Shown: positions 59,417 to 64,000 of the stretch, piece by piece
Layout of the letters: each line of letters opens with the position of its first letter
Position numbering within the stretch: position 1 is the stretch's first letter
Source of the DNA: Paenibacillus foliorum
GTDB taxonomy: Bacteria; Bacillota; Bacilli; Paenibacillales; NBRC-103111
Assembly: GCF_013141765.1 (NCBI RefSeq)
Contig: NZ_WHOD01000062.1
Location: 18,696-82,695, forward strand
Reading direction: 5' to 3'
DNA: 64,000 nt
The notes under the pieces: generated by a model
What the model was told of the DNA's origin: nothing
Database searches by the model: none
Seen by the model: the letters and a program-made list of their open reading frames with translations, nothing else
Position numbers and translations under genes: made by a program

Positions 59417-59442
59417 GGATTGTATCCGTGGATACGATCCCT
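59417..59442. promoter_or_regulatory. 26-bp near-perfect palindrome in the promoter of the membrane AraC regulator and 3' of the SBP gene
   Basis: GGGATTGTATCCGTGGATACGATCCC; no adjacent U-run on the minus strand. Confidence 0.4.
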
Positions 59443-59453
59443 GTATTTCTTGT

Positions 59454-60944
59454 TTACTTCTTTTTGTAGAGCTCGGACAGCTCTTTTGCCACCTGATCTC
59501 CTCCGACCTTTTTCCATTGCGCAATCGCCGTATCATAGCCTGCGTCATCGATTTTACCCATAATGTATTGTGTCCGTGCATCCGTGAGGACCGTCTTCAG
59601 TTGCTCGTTTTTCTCGGTTTGGGTAGAAGAGATCAATCCGGTGGACGGGTCCGGAACGCTTACTGCAGCATGCTCAGCCATACGTGTTTTCAGCATCTGA
59701 TCGGTATCTGTCGATCCTACCGGATAGACAACTGCATCTGTCGTAATCAAGTTTTTAAGATCGTCTAGATTGAATTGTTCTGCCGCTGGTTTTTTCTCGT
59801 TTTCTTGTGCAATGCGGACAAATTCCGCTTTGGACTCTGTACTGTTGACTGCGTTGAAATAACGAAGCACCTCCCGCAGCTCTTTTTCTGTTTTTACGCT
59901 GGTTTTCGATATAAGCGCACCGCCGTAGTGTCCTGTAGCTGCGTACGATTTGCCGTTGATCGGCGGACTTACAGTCATTTTATAGTGATTTTTCGTATCT
60001 TCCATCTGGAAGTAGTAGAACGGGACAACCGCATCGATCGATTCGATACTGAACCCAACCTTGTTGTTATACAGATCTTTTCTCGCTTCATTACGAACGA
60101 CGATGGCGAAATTTTTATTGATTAAATCTTCTTGGTATAACTTGCGAACGAATTTAAGCCCTTCCCGGTATTCTTTGGTTTCTACATCCTTGATAAAGCT
60201 CCCGTTCTTATCTACCATCCAGTTGTTCGGCGCACCAAACCATGCAAATATTTCAGTTGGAATACTGTTCTCGTAGACCATGAGGCCGTACGTATCATTG
60301 ACACCGTTTTTGTCCGGATCCTTTTCTTTAAACGCTTTCAATACATTGTAGAATTCATCGACTGTCTTAGGCTCCGAGAGCCCTACATTGTCGAGCCAAT
60401 CCTTGCGAATGATCGTAGCCAGCCGAACAAGCGGACGCGGACGCGGAATTACATAATATTTGCCTTCAATAGCAAGATTGCTCAAAATTTGTTTATCATA
60501 GTTTTTCAAATTAGGGAATTCATTAAGGTACGGAGTTAGATCCCAGAACATACCGGATCGTACGCCGTTTAGAATCGATGTAATGAATGGGTTTTCGACC
60601 ATGATCGCCTGCGGCATCTCGCCCGAGGTCATCGTAACATTTAATTTTTCACTGTACACGTTGAACGGGACATATGTAATATCAAGCTTGGCATTCGCGA
60701 TGCGCTCGGTTTCTTTGACAATCGGTCCATCCTGCTTAGGAGCCGTATTGGATAAATACACGTTTAGCATCGATACCTTTGCAGGTCCTGTCGGCGCTGT
60801 CGGGCTGCTCACCGCCGGGCTTCCCGTAGGGCTCGATGTGCCTGATGCATCGTTAGATGCTCCACAGCCTGAGACAATAGCGGATAAGGTAAGAACAATA
60901 CTGAGTGGCAGGACCCCTGCTTTGCACATTTTTCTGTTTTTCAC
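59454..60944 (-). CDS. Sugar ABC transporter substrate-binding lipoprotein (CUT1, family 1)
   Basis: Lipobox VSGC; Ser/Pro/Thr-rich linker; 496 aa. Confidence 0.85.
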   Translation of the reverse strand: MKNRKMCKAGVLPLSIVLTLSAIVSGCGASNDASGTSSPTGSPAVSSPTAPTGPAKVSMLNVYLSNTAPKQDGPIVKETERIANAKLDITYVPFNVYSEKLNVTMTSGEMPQAIMVENPFITSILNGVRSGMFWDLTPYLNEFPNLKNYDKQILSNLAIEGKYYVIPRPRPLVRLATIIRKDWLDNVGLSEPKTVDEFYNVLKAFKEKDPDKNGVNDTYGLMVYENSIPTEIFAWFGAPNNWMVDKNGSFIKDVETKEYREGLKFVRKLYQEDLINKNFAIVVRNEARKDLYNNKVGFSIESIDAVVPFYYFQMEDTKNHYKMTVSPPINGKSYAATGHYGGALISKTSVKTEKELREVLRYFNAVNSTESKAEFVRIAQENEKKPAAEQFNLDDLKNLITTDAVVYPVGSTDTDQMLKTRMAEHAAVSVPDPSTGLISSTQTEKNEQLKTVLTDARTQYIMGKIDDAGYDTAIAQWKKVGGDQVAKELSELYKKK

Positions 60945-61018
60945 TAAAATTCCTCCTTAGTATGCTGTACATCTATTTTTAGGCTCCCAGCTTTATGATA
61001 CTAGCAGCTTTAAAACCT

Positions 61019-61414
61019 TTACAACCAAATATAAATATCATCCGACTGCATTTCCAAATCAGCTTTCCCTAAGCGTTCCTGCTCTGCACCGGCATAGCCA
61101 ATCTTGCCTTGACGAAGCTTGTTCCCCGGATCAACAAGATGCTCTCCAGTAATCAGATCGAATTCCCAGCCATGCCACGGGCATCTGACAATTTCATTCT
61201 CACGCCCAAGCTCATACTCATATACTTTGGAAGGCAAACGTGTGCCGGTAATGACGCCTTTACATACGGGAGCTCCGAAGTGCGGGCAAGCATTGCGCCA
61301 AGCGTAGTACTCACCCTTAACCTTGTAAATTCCAAATTCGGAGTTTTTGACTTTGACGATTTTACAGGTACCTTCAACGATTTCATCTTTTTTGGCTACC
61401 CAATATTTTTCCAT
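61019..61414 (-). CDS. Small Rieske [2Fe-2S] protein, NirD-like
   Basis: Rieske boxes CPHFGAP and CPWHGWEF; 131 aa. Confidence 0.8.
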   Translation of the reverse strand: MEKYWVAKKDEIVEGTCKIVKVKNSEFGIYKVKGEYYAWRNACPHFGAPVCKGVITGTRLPSKVYEYELGRENEIVRCPWHGWEFDLITGEHLVDPGNKLRQGKIGYAGAEQERLGKADLEMQSDDIYIWL

Positions 61415-61434
61415 GGATTTGTTCCTCCTGTTGA

Positions 61435-62310
61435 TTAGCCCTTCACTGAGCCAACTAAAGCACCCTTAGCGAAATGCTTTTGTAAGAACGGATAAACAAG
61501 CAGGATCGGTACGGTCGCAACCGTGATCACAGCCATCTTCACTGTTTCCGGCGGGATCGAGGACTCACCTTCTACAGAGCCCTGCTCGACGAAGCCTGCC
61601 TGAGAGACCATAACAATCTGTCTGAGCAAAACTTGAATCGGCCATTTTCCAGTATCGTTAATATACAAGATCGCATGCATGTAAGTATTCCACTGGAACA
61701 CGGCATAAAACAAAGTTAAAGTGGCAATCGCTGGTAGGGAAAGCGGGATCATAATTTGAAAAAACACACGTAAATCCCCGCAGCCGTCCATTTTAGCCGA
61801 TTCTTCAATCTCCTCAGGAATGTTCTTGAAAAAGTTGATCATGATGATGAGATAGAATGCGATAATCGCCCTCGGTAATATCAGTGACCAGTACGAATTC
61901 AGAAGTCCAAGCGCCTTAACCACCAGATACTCCGGAATCATTCCTCCGTGGAAAATCATCGTGAATACAACGAGGAACATCATCGTACGCCGAAAGTGAA
62001 AGCGCCGGCGCGATAAAGGATAAGCTAATAAGGTTGTAAATAACAAGCAAATAAGGGTGCCGACAATTGTGATAAATAATGTGATTCCCAAGCTCTTAGG
62101 CAGTGCATTCGTAGTGAAAATGTACTCATACGCCTTCAGTGAGAACTCCGTTGGAAACAACAGGAAGGTTTTTGAATTATACTCGGCAACCGATGCAAAG
62201 GAGCTCGAAATGACATGAATAAACGGTACAATCGTAATTAGTGCAAACAAAATGAGCAGGGTCACATTAATGACATCGAATAGATTCCTTCCAAAGCTTT
62301 TATGGCCCAT
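61435..62310 (-). CDS. Sugar ABC transporter permease (MalG/LplC-like)
   Basis: Six TM helices; EAA loop ESAKMDGCGDLRVFFQIMIP. Confidence 0.85.
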   Translation of the reverse strand: MGHKSFGRNLFDVINVTLLILFALITIVPFIHVISSSFASVAEYNSKTFLLFPTEFSLKAYEYIFTTNALPKSLGITLFITIVGTLICLLFTTLLAYPLSRRRFHFRRTMMFLVVFTMIFHGGMIPEYLVVKALGLLNSYWSLILPRAIIAFYLIIMINFFKNIPEEIEESAKMDGCGDLRVFFQIMIPLSLPAIATLTLFYAVFQWNTYMHAILYINDTGKWPIQVLLRQIVMVSQAGFVEQGSVEGESSIPPETVKMAVITVATVPILLVYPFLQKHFAKGALVGSVKG

Positions 62311-63227
62311 TAGTAGAGACCCTCCTCGCCGAATTTTTTGGCAAGCCAGTTTGCAAAGATGACAAGGAGCAAGCCTACGACGCCCTTAAATAGTCCGATA
62401 GAGGTCGCATAGCTGAGTTGTCCGTTGATTAACCCGACACGGTACACATAGGTATCGAATACTTCGCCGACTTCACGATTCAAGGAATTAACAAGATTGA
62501 AGACATGTTCAAAGCTTGTATCCAGAATATCGCTTAGCTTCAGCAAGAGAAGAATAACAATGGTACTGCGGATTCCCGGCAGTGTAATATGCCAGATTTG
62601 ACGAAAACGACCCGCTCCGTCTATTTTAGCTGCTTCATACAGCTCCGGACTGATCCCCGCCAGTGCAGCCAGATAAATAACCGTTCCCCACCCGCTATCC
62701 CGCCAAATAACCTGTAAAATGTACATAGGGCGGAACAGTCCGGAATCCATCATAATCGAGAAGTTTTGAAAGCCCCATGATTCGATAAGGGATTGGAAAA
62801 TACTTCGCGGCGACTCGAAAATGACGAAAAACATAGAGACAACAACAACCCAAGACATAAAGTGCGGAACGTACACTAATGTCTGAATAGAGCGCTTGAA
62901 CCACTCCCGACGCAATTCATTCAGCATTAGGGATAAAATAATCGGCACAGGAAATGCGAACACCAGTTGGTACACGGATAACATCAATGTATTGCGCAGC
63001 AGCATGAAGAAATCAGGATCGTCGAATAGACGGTTAAAATGCTTCATCCCTACCCATTGACTTCCGAAAAAACCCGAAAACGGGAAAAAATCCTGAAATG
63101 CAATAATAATACCGCCCATTGGCCAGTACTTGAATATGATAAAATAAAGAATACCTGGCAAGGCCATAATATAGAGCCAATGATCACGCCGGATATCTAC
63201 TAACAATCTTAATCTGGATGTTTTCAC
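62310..63227 (-). CDS. Sugar ABC transporter permease (MalF/LplB-like)
   Basis: Six TM helices; EAA loop EAAKIDGAGRFRQIWHITLP; ATGA overlap with the downstream permease gene. Confidence 0.85.
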   Translation of the reverse strand: MKTSRLRLLVDIRRDHWLYIMALPGILYFIIFKYWPMGGIIIAFQDFFPFSGFFGSQWVGMKHFNRLFDDPDFFMLLRNTLMLSVYQLVFAFPVPIILSLMLNELRREWFKRSIQTLVYVPHFMSWVVVVSMFFVIFESPRSIFQSLIESWGFQNFSIMMDSGLFRPMYILQVIWRDSGWGTVIYLAALAGISPELYEAAKIDGAGRFRQIWHITLPGIRSTIVILLLLKLSDILDTSFEHVFNLVNSLNREVGEVFDTYVYRVGLINGQLSYATSIGLFKGVVGLLLVIFANWLAKKFGEEGLY

Positions 63228-63241
63228 TAATTCACCCCCCC

Positions 63242-64000
63242 TTACTTCAAATTTGCCTTCTTGTGCAAGCCATATAAAGCGGCTGCGTTTCCACCTTGGA
63301 TTTTGGCGCGAATGTCTTTCGGAAATGCAGAAAGCGCCAGCTTAGGATGATCGAAATCCCAATGAGGGTAATCACTTGAGTACATGATGCGATCCTCCGC
63401 TTTACACATTTGAATGAGCTGTCCGAGTTGTTCAGGCTCGCTTGGCTCCTCGATCGGTTGTGTTGTCAGATAGACGTGCTTTTGGATATATTCCGAAGGC
63501 ATCTTTTTTAGCCATGGTGTTGTATCCCTCAGCGCCTTATAGTTCTTATCCATTCGCCACATGAGATGAGGTAACCATGCGATACCGCCTTCGATCGCGA
63601 CTACCTTCAACCCCGGGTACTTCTCAAAAACTCCCTCACATACCAGGCTATTAATATGAGACATATAATTGGTCGGGAGAATGTTATGCCATTCCATATA
63701 TCGGGACGGATAGCCGGATGGTGTAGGTGCACCCGCAATGCCTCGGCCTTCTGTGCCCGGATGGATAGCTACCGGCAAGCCGATCCTTTCCGCTGCCTCA
63801 TAGATCGGATGGAAGCAGCGATGCCCGTATAGGCGTGTAGAGCCGCTGCACATAACGACTTCTACTATATCGGGATGTACACCGATACGCTCGATTTCCC
63901 TTGCCGCATACTGCGGATCAGAATGGTTGATCACCATCGCTCCTTTATATCGGGGATCCACAGAAAGCCATTGGTCAATCAAATAATCGTTATAAGCGGA
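63242..64000 (-). CDS. Amidohydrolase-2 family protein (ACMSD/LigW-like metal-dependent hydrolase or decarboxylase); the 5' end runs off the window
   Basis: PF04909-type motifs (HPG...EGG...SDYPHWDFD). The ORF is open to the window edge. Confidence 0.7.
   Translation of the reverse strand, partial: SAYNDYLIDQWLSVDPRYKGAMVINHSDPQYAAREIERIGVHPDIVEVVMCSGSTRLYGHRCFHPIYEAAERIGLPVAIHPGTEGRGIAGAPTPSGYPSRYMEWHNILPTNYMSHINSLVCEGVFEKYPGLKVVAIEGGIAWLPHLMWRMDKNYKALRDTTPWLKKMPSEYIQKHVYLTTQPIEEPSEPEQLGQLIQMCKAEDRIMYSSDYPHWDFDHPKLALSAFPKDIRAKIQGGNAAALYGLHKKANLK

Noticed and set aside
1-64000. CRISPR arrays, transposases, integrases and prophage genes.
   Set aside because: No regularly spaced direct repeats and no IS or integrase-like ORFs were found. 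The accessory character comes from gene content and decay remnants, not from recognisable mobile elements.

Overview
This window is a Firmicute chromosomal segment, most likely from Paenibacillus or a relative. I infer that from SLH-anchored surface proteins, many CUT1 sugar ABC operons with AraC-type regulators, and close matches to B. subtilis proteins including Cah, RlmN and DbpA. About 58 of the ORFs are credible genes. No CRISPR array, transposase or integrase was seen.

Main content from start to end:
- A UgpB/A/E-like ABC transporter followed by a 1807-aa SLH-anchored multidomain glycerophosphodiester phosphodiesterase. An attenuator-like hairpin system separates the two.
- A four-gene operon encoding a stand-alone H-NOX heme sensor, an overlapping cytoplasmic hybrid histidine kinase with two receiver domains, a receiver-HD-GYP phosphodiesterase with intact motifs, and a single-domain receiver. 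This Hno-type NO-to-c-di-GMP module is unusual in Bacillales and is the best candidate for an undescribed system in the window.
- A 560-bp spacer holding a decayed Ig-like (Big_2) gene remnant.
- A CE7 acetylxylan esterase (Cah).
- A cNMP-binding domain fused to an SLC13/DASS permease.
- A methyltransferase, two AraC regulators, and a TetR regulator whose operator sits in its own promoter.
- The DbpA RNA helicase, an RCC1-repeat lipoprotein, an APH-family kinase, and an orphan rlmN copy.
- A YdjI/YdjH/YdjG-like SPFH, zinc-ribbon and TM2 membrane cluster without pspA.
- A frameshifted Crp gene, YhgE/Pip, a luxR-oppDFBCA peptide uptake unit, and PhnA.
- A LysR regulator with a DMT transporter, an EVE/DinB/WYL trio, and a 2-hydroxyacid dehydrogenase.
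- A vanR-vanS-vanY-vanZ cluster lacking a ligase, beside a truncated epimerase.
- A sugar ABC operon that embeds a NirD-like Rieske protein and an amidohydrolase-2, next to a membrane-anchored one-component AraC regulator and a putative (alpha/alpha)6 glycosidase.

All calls are from reading the sequence; no database search was run.
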